DNA of 64,000 nucleotides, taken from assembly GCF_001447785.1 (NCBI RefSeq), contig NW_015160214.1, positions 135,993 through 199,992 on the forward strand, read 5' to 3'. Numbering within the stretch: position 1 is the stretch's first letter; each line of letters begins with the position of its first letter. This DNA is from Gekko japonicus. Its lineage: Eukaryota. Both the position numbers and the translations under genes were made by a program. Of this stretch, positions 47,954 to 60,975 are shown one piece after another. The notes beneath the pieces are model-generated. The model was given only the letters and a program-made list of their open reading frames with translations. It did not search any database and was not told the DNA's origin.

Positions 47954-48470
47954 GTCAGACCATTGGTCTATGAAGATCAGTGTTGCCTACTTTGACTGAC
48001 TGCAGCTAACTGGGATCTCAAGTGGAGGTCTTTCCTATCACTTATCATTTGATCTTCTGAGGTGCCAGGGATTGAACCTGAGGCCTTCTGCATGCAAAGC
48101 AGGTGTTCTACCACTGAACCATCACCCCCATATGTTGTCACTGAATATATATGTTGACAATGGAGGAGGAGGATGCAAGCAGCCAGGCAAATGATGAAAG
48201 CAGCATCAGTTCTCCAAAGCAAACCGTGTGCCCTTAGCATCCCTCCAACACCATATCTCTTTGTAAGTCTGCTGCAAATCTCAAACTGGATTCTTCTTTG
48301 GTGGCTAGATTGCAACTTGAAACAGCTCCAGCTTCAAATCTGAGCTCTGTCGAGAGGGAAAAAAAAATCTGAGCTGTCTCACCGTCAACAGTACTGAGCG
48401 GATATTGGCAAAACTCAGCCTGCTATCAGAGCTCATTAGCTATCAATCAGGTCTTTCTAAAATAGATGGT

Positions 48471-48580
48471 TGTCTGTTGTCGAAGGCTTTCACATCCGGA
48501 GTTCATTAGCTGCTGTAGATTTTCCGAGTTGTGTGGCTGCGTGTGACCACGGCCACACAACCTGGAAAATCTACAGCAAC
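48471..48580. mobile_element. Penelope-like (second type) hairpin remnant
   Basis: TGTTGTCGAAGGCTTTCAC start; inverted arms GCTGTAGATTTTCC.AGTTGTGTGGC / GCCACACAAC.TGGAAAATCTACAGC; flanking AGATGGT repeat. Confidence 0.55.
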
Positions 48581-48884
48581 AGATGGTGGTCTCTCCACTC
48601 AAAACAGCATTCCTACTCATGGTACCTTGGCAGAGCAAAAATTTAGCACCATCTGCTGGATATTTCTTATAGCTTCAGCGGAAAAAACCCTGGTCACTAT
48701 ACTATTAGTTGTTTTTCACAGTATACTCTGAAGCACTCTTGTCACTGCTCTGGTAAAGGGGGTGCAGTAGCAAGCATTAGGACACAAAGGACTAGAATCA
48801 CATGCTAATGAGATAAGAATTCCACAGAATGTATCCAGCAAAGCAATGTTTTAACCAGGGATCCTCAACCTTCATGAAACTCTA

Positions 48885-49045
48885 GGAAAAGCTGGAGGCA
48901 GTAGGGAAAAAAGGAAGGCCCAACATGAAACGGCCCTCCGTTTGCAAGACCTGAGAAAGGCTGTTAATTACAGGACGTTTTGGAGGTCATTAATCCATGG
49001 GGTTGCCAGAAGTCGGAAGCAACTTGACAGCTCGTAACACACACA
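48885..49045 (+). mobile_element. RTE/BovB-like LINE 3' fragment
   Basis: TCCATGGGGTTGCCAGAAGTCGGAAGCAACTTGAC + (CA)n tail typical of RTE 3' ends. Confidence 0.6.
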
Positions 49046-50289
49046 GTGGGTGCCCCCACAAAATGGCTGCTGTGCTGTGAGAAGCAGGACCAATCATGAA
49101 ATGACTGTCGATGGAAGGGCAATTACAGAATGCTGGGAGATTCCAAGCCAAGCATCCACCTGTGATAGGGGCAGCTATTTCTGTAAGGGTGCTCCCTGCA
49201 GACACCCCCACCCACCCCCGGTAACCTCTTATCGCAGTGGTGCTGTTTTCTAGAGTCTTCTGAAGAACCTCCTATTCCAACTTGGTGAAGGATAGCCTTT
49301 GCTTTGGGGAAGAGGTATTTTGGAGAAGAAGCAAGTGGGTGCCAGAAAACACATTGATGGGGTCTACTGCTTTTATATCTGTTATTTTTACCCTACCTTT
49401 CGACCCAAGAGCCCCCCAGAGCTGCTCACAGTAGCTAAGACAGGATAAAATAGACAGTGGAAATCCTATATCATTCAAACCATTGTACCTAGATGAGCTC
49501 CCTGTACATGTATGAATTCCGTTCCTTCTGCTTCTGCCTTCTTTCTGAGCCCTCTCTCATGGGGAGGTTTGTTGGAAAGGTGGTCCTTTCTTTTCTTTTC
49601 TTTTTTTAAAGTACCCGAGGGTACACTTTTATTATTTTTTCCATAATACAGACATACATACAAACAACCCCCAACTACCCCCCACAACATATAACCTATA
49701 ACAAGAGACTTTATTATTTCTTCTGCTTATTAAATTTCTAAATTCATTATCTATTTTACATGAAAGGTGGTCCTTTCGAGTGCATTCTCAGCCGTAGCTC
49801 TGATGTTCTGCAACAGGTTACAGGTAGAAGTAATCTTATTACTATTTGCATTCAAAAGAGCTTGTAAGAACATGCCACGCTTCCAAAAGCCTCCAGACAG
49901 AATTGTAGAAGATTTGATAGCTGCCTTGTACAAAACATGAATGCAGATTCTGAACTGTAGCTTCTCCACTGGAATTGTTGCATTGTCTTTTATAGCTTCA
50001 ATTGTCATGCGTATGTAAGCACATTATTGTGAATCAGCTTTGGCCCACTATTGGGCAAGAAGCAGCACCAAAATAGTTGAAATAAAGGAATAAATTGAAA
50101 ATCGGGGGGGGGGGCAGGCTGCCCATTTGTTACTGGACTTAGTTTAAGGTATCGACTATCCCATACAAAGCCCTTTGTGGTCTTGGCCGCTTGTATTTTT
50201 GGAACTGCCTCCTTCCCTATGCTCTGCCATGACGACTTTGCTTCTGTCCGCAGGGGCTTCTGTGTGTGCCAACCTGCAAATGGGCAAAA

Positions 50290-51010
50290 TCAACAACTGC
50301 CCGTACATGTGCATTCTCCATTGTGGCTCCCACCTTGTGGAATGGCCTGCCCAAAGCCGTCAGGAAAACATCCACTCTCCTGACCTTCCACAAACTATGC
50401 AAAACTAAACTATTCAAGAGGGCTTTTCTGCACAGGTAATAGGTTTGCACTGTACAAAATGGTTCCTAAACTTACTTGGATAAATTATTGAGACTGTGGT
50501 CTATAGTACTGCGGATAGCTTATGGTACGTATACCTTTGCCAGCCTCCAGGTGGCAGCTGGAGATCTCCTGGGATTACAACTGAGCCCCAGGCAACAGAG
50601 ATCAGTTCACCCAAGGAAATGGCCACTTTGGAAGGTGGATTGTATGGCACTATACAATGGCCATACAATGGAACAATGGAAATGGCCACTTTGGAAGGTG
50701 GATTGTATGGCACTATATCCTATTGAAGTCCCTCCCCTCCACAAACCCCGTCCTCCTCTGGCTCCTCCCCCCAAAACTCCAGGTATTTCCAAACCCAGAG
50801 CTGGAAAACCTAGGTAAGTAGTATCCTATTATGTAATTTCTGTACTGCTTAATGTGTCATGTTAATATTCATGCTATGCTTCAGTTCTTTCACTTCTAAA
50901 ATCCTAACGCATTGGTTACTGAATGTCCCATTCTGTTGATTGTATTGACAGGCTGTGCCTAACCTGCCTTGAGCCCCTGTGAGAAAGGCGGACTATGAAC
51001 AGACAGACAA
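50290..51010 (+). mobile_element. L2-like LINE 3' fragment interrupted by a TAGGGTTGCCA-type MITE (~50535-50812)
   Basis: APTLWNGLP..VRK..TLL.F.KLCKT.LFKRAF ORF2 C-terminus; minus-strand copies at ~51430-51900 and ~59450-59850. Confidence 0.65.
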
Positions 51011-51947
51011 CCTAGCATGAGGTTCAATTTGCATGTTACCAAGCCCCAATGTCCCTCATGTGTCATGTTGACAATTATGCTGTGGGAGTTCCCTTCTCAG
51101 AACTTAATTCCCTGGTACCTGTTGTTGTACCTTTTGGCGTATGCCCTGAGCTTTTTCTGACAATTTGCTTAAGAAATAATGGAATAGAACTTAGTGTAAG
51201 CTCTTGCTCATTGAGACTTGGTGTTCAGCCAGTCCCATCCAGCCTATTGAACTGAAGGAGGGCTGGGTTCTCGGGCTGAGCACTTTCCCTCAGCACATTT
51301 CCACATCACCTACTGCCTTGTCCTTTTTAACTGGAGACGCTGGGGATTGAACCTGGGACCTTCTGCGTGTGAAGCACTTCCACTGAGCCACAGCCCCTGC
51401 TGAAGTAAGTCATTCCAAGTCAGGGAAATGGCATTATTGCTATTTGGTTATTTACAGTCTGCCTTTCTCACTGATACTCAGATTGCATAGAAAGACGGGT
51501 TGCATAGTATAAGTCAAGCACAATCAACAGGATGGGACATCCAATGGACACTACAATAGGGCTTGGATGATAGAAACCTGAAAACAAACAGAAAACTCAA
51601 ACAGAGCTGAAACAAAGCATGGACTTTTAAACATGATGTATTAAGTGGTGTAGAAATTACCCAGTCTGGAATACGTACAGTGACAGGTAGCAAGGCAGTG
51701 GTATAGGTCACAGACCCTGTCCCTTTACCAGTGCAACTTTTATGAGCATTTTGTTGCAGTTCGGTTCTCTTTATCTCTGCAAAAAGCCCTCTTGGACAGT
51801 TCTGTTTTGCATAGTTTGCAGAAAGCCAGGAAAGTGGGAGCCTTCCTCACCTCATCAGGGAGGTCATTCCATAAGGTGCAGCCATAACAGAGAATGAACG
51901 TGTATGCATAGTTAATCAGTTCTGCCAACTTGCAGGATGGTACCTGC

Positions 51948-52200
51948 AGAAGAAGAAGAGACTGGATTTATACCCCACCCCTCACTCGAAGTCTCAGAGC
52001 CACTTACAATCTCCATTCCCCCTCCCCACGACAGACACCCTGTGGTGGGGCTGAGAGAGCTCTTTCCAGCACTGCTCTTGAGAGAACAGCTCTGCGAGAA
52101 CTGTGGCTGTCCCAAGGTCACACCAGCAGCTGCATGTGGAGGAGTGGGGAATCAAACCCGGTTCTCCCAGATTAGAGTCCACACGCTTAACCAGACTGGC
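51948..52200 (-). mobile_element. Squam3-like SINE
   Basis: Same head and tail as other copies. Confidence 0.8.
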
Positions 52201-53104
52201 CCTGCTGGGATCAGCAAAGTTGGCGTAGCGGAGCATAGGGTGGTCCTGCAGATAAGAGGGTCCAAGGGCATGAATGGCTTTATATGTGAACTAGCAGTAA
52301 AGCCCGTTGTGAAAGCAATACAACGAGATCTAGAAAGAGGCTCTGGGGGAGTGCTCTGGCTTTGGGCAAACAGTGTCAATTTGCTGTGGTGACCTCAGCA
52401 GGGTATAATGCCAGAGTCCACTGTTTTCTCCAGAGGAACTGATCTCTGCTACCTGAAGAGCAGTTGTAATTGTGAGTGATCTGTAGCCCTCACCTGGAGA
52501 TTGACAGCAATTGTTACCCAGGACAAAGTGGCTGGTTTGGAGGGTGTAGTCTATGGCATTCTACCTGTCTGAGGTCCCACCCCTCTGCAAACCCCACCCT
52601 CTCCAGGCTCCACCCCTCAAATCCCCAGGAATTTGTCAGCATGTAGTTGGCAACCCTATCTCCTTCCCAGCTAACCATCAACCTACCATTATCTGCCCCT
52701 TTGACTTCAGCTGACTTCTGCCCTCCCTTCTGCAGAGCAGTTGTAATTCTGAGTGCTCTCCAGCCCTCACCTGGAGATTGGCAACAATGGTTCCCTATGT
52801 GGGACTAACTGGTTTGGAGGGTGGAGTCTATGGCAGTGTACCTGTCTGAGGTCCCACCCCTCCTCAAACCTCACCCTCTTCAGGCTCCATCCCTCAAATC
52901 TCCAGGAATTTCCCATCTGGAGTTGGCAACCCTATCAGGACTGGCCCCAATGTGTTTTCTCCCAAAGGCCAAAGTAGGTGACAGGACCAAGCTTAGTTGC
53001 CTACCAACAGGCACTGAGGGGAATGTAGGGTTGCCAGCTCTAAGGAGGGAAATACCTGGAGGTTTGGGGGGTGGATTCTGTAGAGGGCAGCATTGGGCGG
53101 AGGG

Positions 53105-53485
53105 GAGTTTGAGGTGTGGAATGCAGTGAAGTCCAATCAGCTTCCATATGCAAAAGACCTTGAAGGTTCCATATGCAACTGACATTCCAACTGCCTTGCG
53201 GGGAGGGGGGTGAGTTTGAGGTGTGGAATGCAGTGAAGTCCAATCAGCTTCCATATGCAAAAGACCTTGAAGGTTCCATATGCAACTGACATTCCAACTG
53301 CCTTGCGGGGAGGGGGGTGAGTTTGAGGTGTGGAATGCAGTGAAGTCCAATCAGCTTCCATATGCAAAAGACCTTGAAGGTTCCATATGCAACTGACATT
53401 CCAACTGCCTTGCGGGGAGGGGGGTGAGTTTGAGGTGTGGAATGCAGTGAAGTCCAATCAGCTTCCATATGCAAAAGACCTTGAA
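53105..53485. repeat. 107-bp minisatellite, ~3.6 identical units
   Basis: Units start 53105, 53212, 53319, 53426. Confidence 0.97.
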
Positions 53486-55923
53486 ACGCTGGGCGGGACT
53501 GCACAAAGCAGCCAGTCAACCCAACCAGCGTCTGACAGTTCAAGCGTCCATACACTAAAGGAGTGCATTTTAGAACTTTGGCACCCACTATTCAATTATA
53601 TATAAGGAGAGATGGACATGCATGGGGGAGAAGGATCAAGCATCTTGTACCACACACCTTGACTCTGATTCAAATCAGGTCCTTGCATGCCTGGAAACAA
53701 GGTTCCAAGCACAGAATTCTCAGACCATATCTGGTGGACAGGACTGTAGCAGACATGAGGAAATTGTACTGTGTGAACTGGCCCTTATGCTAACCCCAAA
53801 CTCATTGGTTCTATGCAACAGAAACTGGATTCTTTCTTTCTGTGCAGCTGTCCTGTCCCTGGTGTGATTGTATTCTTCTGTAAGCGTATTCTGTGATGCT
53901 TAGCTTGGGGAGGGGGAGCTAATGTTGCATGGCTTAGGAGAATATCCATAGAAGACTGCAAAAGAAGCCAAAAGATGTTGCAGGGAAGATACAGCCAAGA
54001 GCCAATCGATACTTATTTCAACTTGTCATTATTGTTGGACACAAGACAGCAATACTTAATACCGCTTTCAGGGAAAGCAGTTCCAAGTGACAAGGATATT
54101 AGCTTGGTTGTGATGGAGAAGAGGCAATGAACAATATCAATATCGGGTGAATAAAAATAACTACCAAGCCAATGTTTTTTTACAACAGACCAAGCAATAT
54201 AACATTTTTTAATCTCAAAATGTTTGCAGTAGTTGAACATTTTCCTGCTTGCTTACAGCGTTATGTACATAACTGAACATATATTATCTGGCTTCCTGTA
54301 AATAAAAGTTACATTTTAAAAACTGCATAGGTATTTTATTTGAAAGCCTGCATAATGGCATAATAATACCATAAATTTAAGAGGCGCATTGCTTTCTTAG
54401 TCCTGGGCCAGTGGAATGTCATCACTTAGAGAATGTTAAGAATTCATCAGAAAAAAACGAGTCAGCCTTTTTTCCTAACCAGCTCATATAAATCATGTAT
54501 AACTACAAGAGCTTAGGCTGTGCCTTTTGGAATGCTTGGCTACCTACAGGCTGTAGCCATGCAGACATCTTCAGGACAAACAAACTTGCCTTACCAGGAT
54601 CAATCCCCACATGAAGCTGAATCTACCTTTGTTCTGTCAAAATAATTAAGACTGATAGCAGCTCTCCAGGCTTTTTGGCAGAGGTCCTTCCCATCACCTA
54701 TGACACCATCTTTTGAACTGGAGATGCTGGGGATTGAACATGGGGCCGGCCCTTTGGCAAGCAAATCAGATATCATAACACTAACAGTCCCTCTCCTCTT
54801 TGTTATAGGGACTCTGGGGCAAGTGATGCTCTGTCATCTTGGTTCTTGGGGGGGTCAACAGTGGGAGGGCTTCTAATGTCCTGGCCCCACTGGTGGACCT
54901 CCTGATGGCACTGGTATTTCTGGCCACTGTGTGATACAGAGTGTTGGACTGGATGGGCCTTTGGCCTAATCCAACATTGGCATCTCTTATGTTCTTATGT
55001 TGTTGCACACTGCAGCATCTAACCAGGAGTACTGGAAATTCTCATTTCCTAAAAACAGGGCAGAAACCTTTTTTTTTTTTTTGTATTGGCCTTATGCTGC
55101 TAGGGACTAGATATCATTTGCATGGGAAGGAGATGCCTCTTTAGTCTCACCCATGGTTTCTCAATCTAAATGTGTTGGACTGTGTCACAGGGAAATGGTA
55201 ACATGGTCTGCGTTGAAGACAAAGTTGCAGTTACGGGGTGGATGATATGCCCTTGGCCAATGGCACCTTGTTCATGAGGGTGCTTGAAGACACAGGTCCC
55301 ATCTTTTCTAGAAATAGGTTTCTAACAGTCTGTATTGCGATGGAAGAATAAGGAACACTTTCTGTATCTCCAAACTAGGTCTTCTCTGCATCTGTGCTTC
55401 CAACCAGGAGCGTAGCCGGAAAATGTTGGTTGGTGAGGTGTGGGGAAATCTGGGGGGGTGCCCCGGGCATGCTTGCTGCTCCTCTTACAGCAGCAGAAGC
55501 AGCAGCTCCGGCTCTGCTGTGACATCTAGTCTTCCTCTAGTCCTTTTGACTGGAGAGACTCAATTCCAGGCTGCTTTTCTGTGTAAGCCGGGCGGGGGGG
55601 GATCTCCAACTCTCTCTCTTTTGCATTTTGCAATTTTATTTTATTTTTAGTAATTTTATTTTATTTTCATTTTTAAGAACCTATTTATTTTTCAGCCTTG
55701 AAAAAAGAAAATGAGACTGAATCTTCCCTGACTGTGCCCGGGGTCATTTTGGAACCCCCATGCACATCTTACATTTTAAAAATGTTTTTTGAAATTTTTG
55801 TCCAATGGGGCGGTGCTCATCTGTGGCTATGGGCCTGCTTCCAATGAATGTGTTTTTTCATGTTTCTCCTGCCACAAGCAGACTGGGGAAACCAGCATGG
55901 TGTAGTGGTTAGGAAGCTTAACT

Positions 55924-56520
55924 ACATTACATTACATTACATTTGCGATTTATATACCGCCCTATCCATGAGGCTCAGAGCGGTTTACAGACACAATTTT
56001 ATCTAAGCTAGGGGTACAATGGTGAGGGGAGGGTATTTTCCTAACTAGGCACCTAACAGCAGGATCTTTCTTGAATTCGGCGGTGGATTCGATGGTGGTT
56101 CTTTTTCCTCAAGGGCGCAGATGTCCAGTGTTGAAGTACGGATTCTCTGCATTAGCAGCTCTTTTCCAGCAGATGGCCCCCACAGAACACGAACGAGGCA
56201 GCTCGACTCTTTATCCAATCGGCTCCAGTCTTCTTTGCACGTCATGCTCTTCAGGCACTGGTCTCCGTACTCCGGGCTCGCCGCTCGCCGCCATCTTTGC
56301 CTTATTGTCATTGATTCAACACCATTGCCGATGCTTTTAACACCAATCATGGAGGAAAGGTGCCCCCCTACTTGCCCATACAGGCTTTCGGACCACTGGG
56401 TGGGCGGGAGCTGGGACAAAGGGCCGGGAGCTTACCCCGGCCGTGGTGGGACTCAAACTGCCGTCGGCAGTTTGCCTAGATTGATCTGCAGGCTTTTTAA
56501 CACCACGCGCCACTGCTCCC
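55924..56520 (-). mobile_element. ~600-bp CpG-rich SINE with Sauria-like head, L2-like tail and (AATGT)n end, nested in a Squam3-like SINE
   Basis: Minus strand: GGGAGCAGTGGCGCGTGGTGTTAA head, GTCCCAGCTCCCGCCCACCCAGTGGTCCGAAAGC core, GTAAACCGCTCTGAGCC...GGGCGGTATATAAAT tail; short AAACT duplication. Confidence 0.6.
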
Positions 56521-57669
56521 AAACTTTTTTTTCTTTTCAAGCTCACTACCATCAAAAGGTAAGAAAAACCCCTACAATCTGGAAGAACCAGGTTCGGATC
56601 TCCCCTCTGTCATGGAAATCCATTGAGTGAGTGACCTTGGGGCAGTCACTCGGCACAACCTATCTCACAAGGTTATTGTTGTGAGGACTAAATGGAGGAG
56701 GAGAAAACAATACTGCCAGCTGCTTTGGGTCCTCATTCAGGAGAAAAGAGGGATATTAATATCTCGATAAATTATATTTTAGACCCAGATTTTTTTTTGC
56801 ATTTGCAGGTTTATTTTTATTAAAATGCAGTCTTTCAGTTGATTTCCCATCTACAGCATTCTTCTGACAAAGCTTCCCTCATTCTGACAGCAAACCCCAG
56901 AGCTGGCATTGTTTTGTATTGTTTCGTTATCTGTCTTTCGAAAATCTTCATTTCTTTAATGCTTTTCTGTGTAAAAATAAAAGAATCACAGAGACAAAAG
57001 AATGACAGGGCAAAAGATCTGGAGAGGGGATATGAAAGCATACCCAGATGTCTTTGGGAAGAGAGTTTTGAAAGCAAACTCACAGACTGTGATGAGATCT
57101 TCAAGAAAGGATTGGAAAGAAAACTTGGCAATAGAACTTGAGAGGGAACTTGAGACAAGGGAAGGAACATGGGGGAAGGGAGAAGGGGAGATTCAGCAGA
57201 TAGTTTCTCTGCAGTATTGTAATTGCTGGCACACTGTCATCTTCAGAACACTTTGAGAACACCAAAAAGTTATATTCTTCTCCCAGTGTCTAAAGGACAC
57301 TTAATTGAAACTCTGCCATAATCAGCATATCCTGTGCTATTATTCTGAAACAAGATGTGTAGAACTAAGACAAATGTCCCTCTGAGTGCGTTGAATCTCC
57401 TGCAAAGAATAACATGTTAATGGATATTGCGCAACACACAGTTGCAGATCTTTTCCCTCACAGACTTGTGATGAAGATTGTATGGGTTGGTCACACAGAT
57501 GGAAAAAACAGTGTTCTACTGACACCGGATTTTAAGATGAATTCCACTTAAATTACACTTTTCTTCTGCCTCTCAGACATTCAGATAACCAGTGTTCTCC
57601 TGGCTGGCTGCCAATAACAAAGACACCAGGCCTTTATCTGAGTGGAAATGGGTATGATTGCTTTACAGG

Positions 57670-58106
57670 CAGAGGTCATTTCAGGGGGGAACGTGGGGGA
57701 TCGCAGTTCCCCCGGGTGAGGTACGGGGGGCGGGGCACATGACGAAGCCCCGCCCCCTGCTTCCAGCCGCCCCGCTTCCGGCCCTCATTCAGCCAGGAGG
57801 AGGCAGGAGAAGAGGGAGGGTAAGTTGCTTCCTCCCTGCCTCTCCCCACCCCTGCCTGCCTGGGGCCAGGGAGGGCCTTTGCGGGGCTTCCTTGCACTCC
57901 CGCCGGCCTTGCAGGTCCACCGCCGGGCCCCTCATGGGCGGCGACCGGGACCCTTGGGGGCGGGGTGTGTGGCCTTATGACACACTTCCGGTGATGTTGG
58001 GGGTGTGGCCTTATGACACACTTCCGGTGATGTCAGGGGGTGTGGCATATGCTAATGAGTTATGCTAATGAGTTCCCCCAGCTCTTTTTCTACGAAATGA
58101 CCCCTG
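57670..58106. mobile_element. hAT MITE family B
   Basis: TSD TTTACAGG; body nearly identical to 32069-32410 with extra subterminal units. Confidence 0.9.
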
Positions 58107-58200
58107 TTTACAGGTATGAGAGAGCTGCATTGTAGTTCAGTGTAGTGATGTTCAGTGTAGTAATTGCACATGTGATCTATTAGGTGTTCTTTCTCCCCAC

Positions 58201-58423
58201 TAGGGTTGCCAGCCTCTGGGTGGGGCCTGGAGATCTCCCAGATTTACAAGTGACCTCCAGAAAATAGAGATCAGTTCCCCTGGAGGAAAATGGCTGTTTG
58301 GAGGATGGATTCTGTGGCATTGTACCCTGCTGTGGTCCCTCCCCTTCCCCGAACTCTGTCTTCCCCAGATTCCACCCCCCCCCAAATTTCCAGGTATTTC
58401 TCAACCCAGAGTTGGCACCCCTA
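58201..58423. mobile_element. TAGGGTTGCCA-type MITE
   Basis: TAGGGTTGCCAG ... TTGGCACCCCTA. Confidence 0.75.
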
Positions 58424-59899
58424 CTCTGCTCCGTTTCTTCCTCAACCTTAAAACTAGAGATAGTGATATAAGAAATCTTCTCTTCGTGACTGCATGAGGA
58501 TATGCTCTCCTGTTTTTATAGATTATCCTTCTTGGGAGTCTGCAAAGCATTTTGCTTAGATTTAGCAGAACAAAAGTTGCTTCTCAGATGCAGATCCAAT
58601 GTAAGTTTAAGAACCTCTCACCAGAAGTCTCCCCGGGAACATGATTGAGCCCATTGGAACAAGAGCAGAGATTAATTTGTCCAGCTACATTTCTGTTCTT
58701 TTCTACTGGCTTGGAATTACTCTCTGTAAGGGGTGGTGTTTTAATGAAGGCCAAAGACAATTCCTTTCCTTCAAAGTAGTAACCATGGGCAACTGTTCCA
58801 ACCAGGCCCCCAGCAACCACACTGCTGTGTTTCTATGTGAGAAGAGGGGAATCGTCTATCTGAAATTTTTCATGTCTGCAAAATAAGTCCATCTCTCTGT
58901 CCCCCACATCCAGCTCCTTCAGCACACATTCTTTCTTGCAACCCACAGACAAGACGAGGATGCTCAATATCCCATTTAATGAAGGAATATGAGGCAGTGT
59001 GACACTCAGTAGATCAAGTCTTCTCTCGATAGCAGAACATCTGAAAACAAAGGAGATACAATATCACAACATGCAAGGAATTGCTAGTGCAGGACTTTCC
59101 AAAAAGTTGCTGTTACTATTATGTATGCCTAAGAGACTTACAGTGGACTCTACTAAGCTACTCTCCCCCCCCCCTTATCCCAGCAAGCCTTTCTAGTCCA
59201 GCTTTTGCAAGAAAAGGGGACTTGCGACTTGTGTACAAGATGCAGGGGAGGCCCAGATAGGCTGGCTAGGCAAGAAGGCTCTTGTCCCCACTGCTAGTGT
59301 GGTCTAAAGCAGAGTCGCACCCTTCTAAGTGCAGCCACTTCAGTGCACTCCGGAGGGTGTTGCTCTGCTTAGGTGTCGCACGGTGTGTTTACTAGGAAGA
59401 AGAATAGTATACAAGGAGACACCCAGTGGTTTGTTGCTTGTTCTTTATTGCTTATTTTTATTTATTTATAGTCTGCCTTTCTCACTTGGACTCAAGACAG
59501 ATTACACAGAGTGAGTCGATACAATCAACAGGATGGGACATTCAATAAACAATGCGGCAGAACCAAGCAGAAGTCTAAAAACAGAACTGAAGCAAAGCAT
59601 AAGTATTAAGATGATGCTTTAAAGGATTCAAAATTCCATAGCAGGATCCTAGTTTCAGCAAGGTATACACACAAGTATACGGACCACAGTCCCTAATCAT
59701 TTTCCTAGGTAACTTTGTGAAACATGCAGTACAGTGAAACTCTGTTGCCTCCGTAGAAAAGCCCTCTGGAAAAAATCAGTTCTGTATAGTTTGTGGAAAG
59801 CCAAGAGAGTGAGAGCCTTCCTGACCTCCTCGGACAGGCCATTCCATAAAGCGGAGGGGAGGGGGGACGAACAAGGGGAAAGGCACATGGACAGGCACC

Positions 59900-60617
59900 C
59901 AGGGCCAGCTCGTCCGCTAGGCGAACTAGGCCTTCGCCTAGAGTGCGAGGCGGCTGTTAGGGTGCGGGAGGAGAGGCAGGGGCGGCTGCCGGCGCACCTG
60001 GCCAGCGAGGGAGGCAGTGGCGCCGTGCAGCTCGCAGGAGCGCCCTCCATTGAGCCAGACGTTGCAGTTCATGGCGACACCGACAGCAGCAGTAGCAGCA
60101 GGAGGTAACGTGCGCCGAGGCGGGTTCTGCTTTTCCGGAGACTGCGAGGGGGATGCACTGGCACCTCGCAGCGCTCTCCCAACCACTGGGTTTCCCAGGA
60201 AGAGGGAGGCTGCAACCCGAGGCTGGGAGGAGCACCAGGCCTTGCCCGGCCCTGCCAGCTGCAGGAGGAGGAGAACGCGCGGCAGCGGTGGTGGTGGTGT
60301 GGGCAGGGTGCGGCGCTGTAGCTGGCCGGCAGAGGAGCAAGCGAGGGGGTGGAGGTGGTGAGGCCACCTCTCCCTGGGTCACGCTGGAGCCTCAGGTGGG
60401 CGACGCTGCGCCTGCGCTGAGAAGAGGAGGAAGAACTGTGCGGGCCCTCCCTCCCATGCGCCCACCCTGGCTTCCATGCGCCTGAGCGGCTGGGCCAGAT
60501 TGAGGGGTGGCTGCAGCGGGGCGCGCCCACTGACTTCGCTGGGATGGTCTCCAGGCCTCGTCAGGAGGTTGGCATCTATTCTCGCCTAGAGGGCAGGACA
60601 ACCTCGGGCCGGCCCTG
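59900..60617. mobile_element. CpG-rich hAT (Tip100-like) non-autonomous element
   Basis: TIRs CAGGGCCAGC / GCCGGCCCTG; TSD CAGGCACC/CAGACACC; CGCCTAG subterminal motifs shared with 19933-20357. Confidence 0.8.
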
Positions 60618-60975
60618 CAGACACCTGCAGAAGACCCTGCTCCAATGAGCAAGGTTAACATAATCCATGCTGAATTAGCCTCATTCCCACCCACAGAGGC
60701 TTGAGATGCAGTCAAAAAGTTCTGTAACCATGATTTGCAAGGAGGACTGCAAGTGCTATACAGATTTCACTGTGGTTGGGAGACATTTTCACATTGCTCT
60801 ATGGTCTTGCACTCCTTCAATCAACAGGATTTAGGATTTGTATTTAGAGGAGAGATGGTGTCAATGGCTTCATCCATCCAGGAGAAACTGCAAAAAAAAA
60901 CAACAACCCATATTCTGTCCACCCCCGGCAAGAAAAACTGAGTTAGAAAATGTGATTGCTTACAGAATGCAAGTT

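Noticed and set aside
53105-53485. CRISPR-like array or coding repeat
   Set aside because: No unique spacers, vertebrate context, and a 107-bp unit does not preserve frame.
56045-56630. Overlapping 124-169 aa ORFs
   Set aside because: They lie within a SINE-like insertion; no homology.
59697-60715. Cluster of GC-rich ORFs suggesting another first exon
   Set aside because: Explained by a TSD-flanked hAT element and an adjacent L2 fragment.
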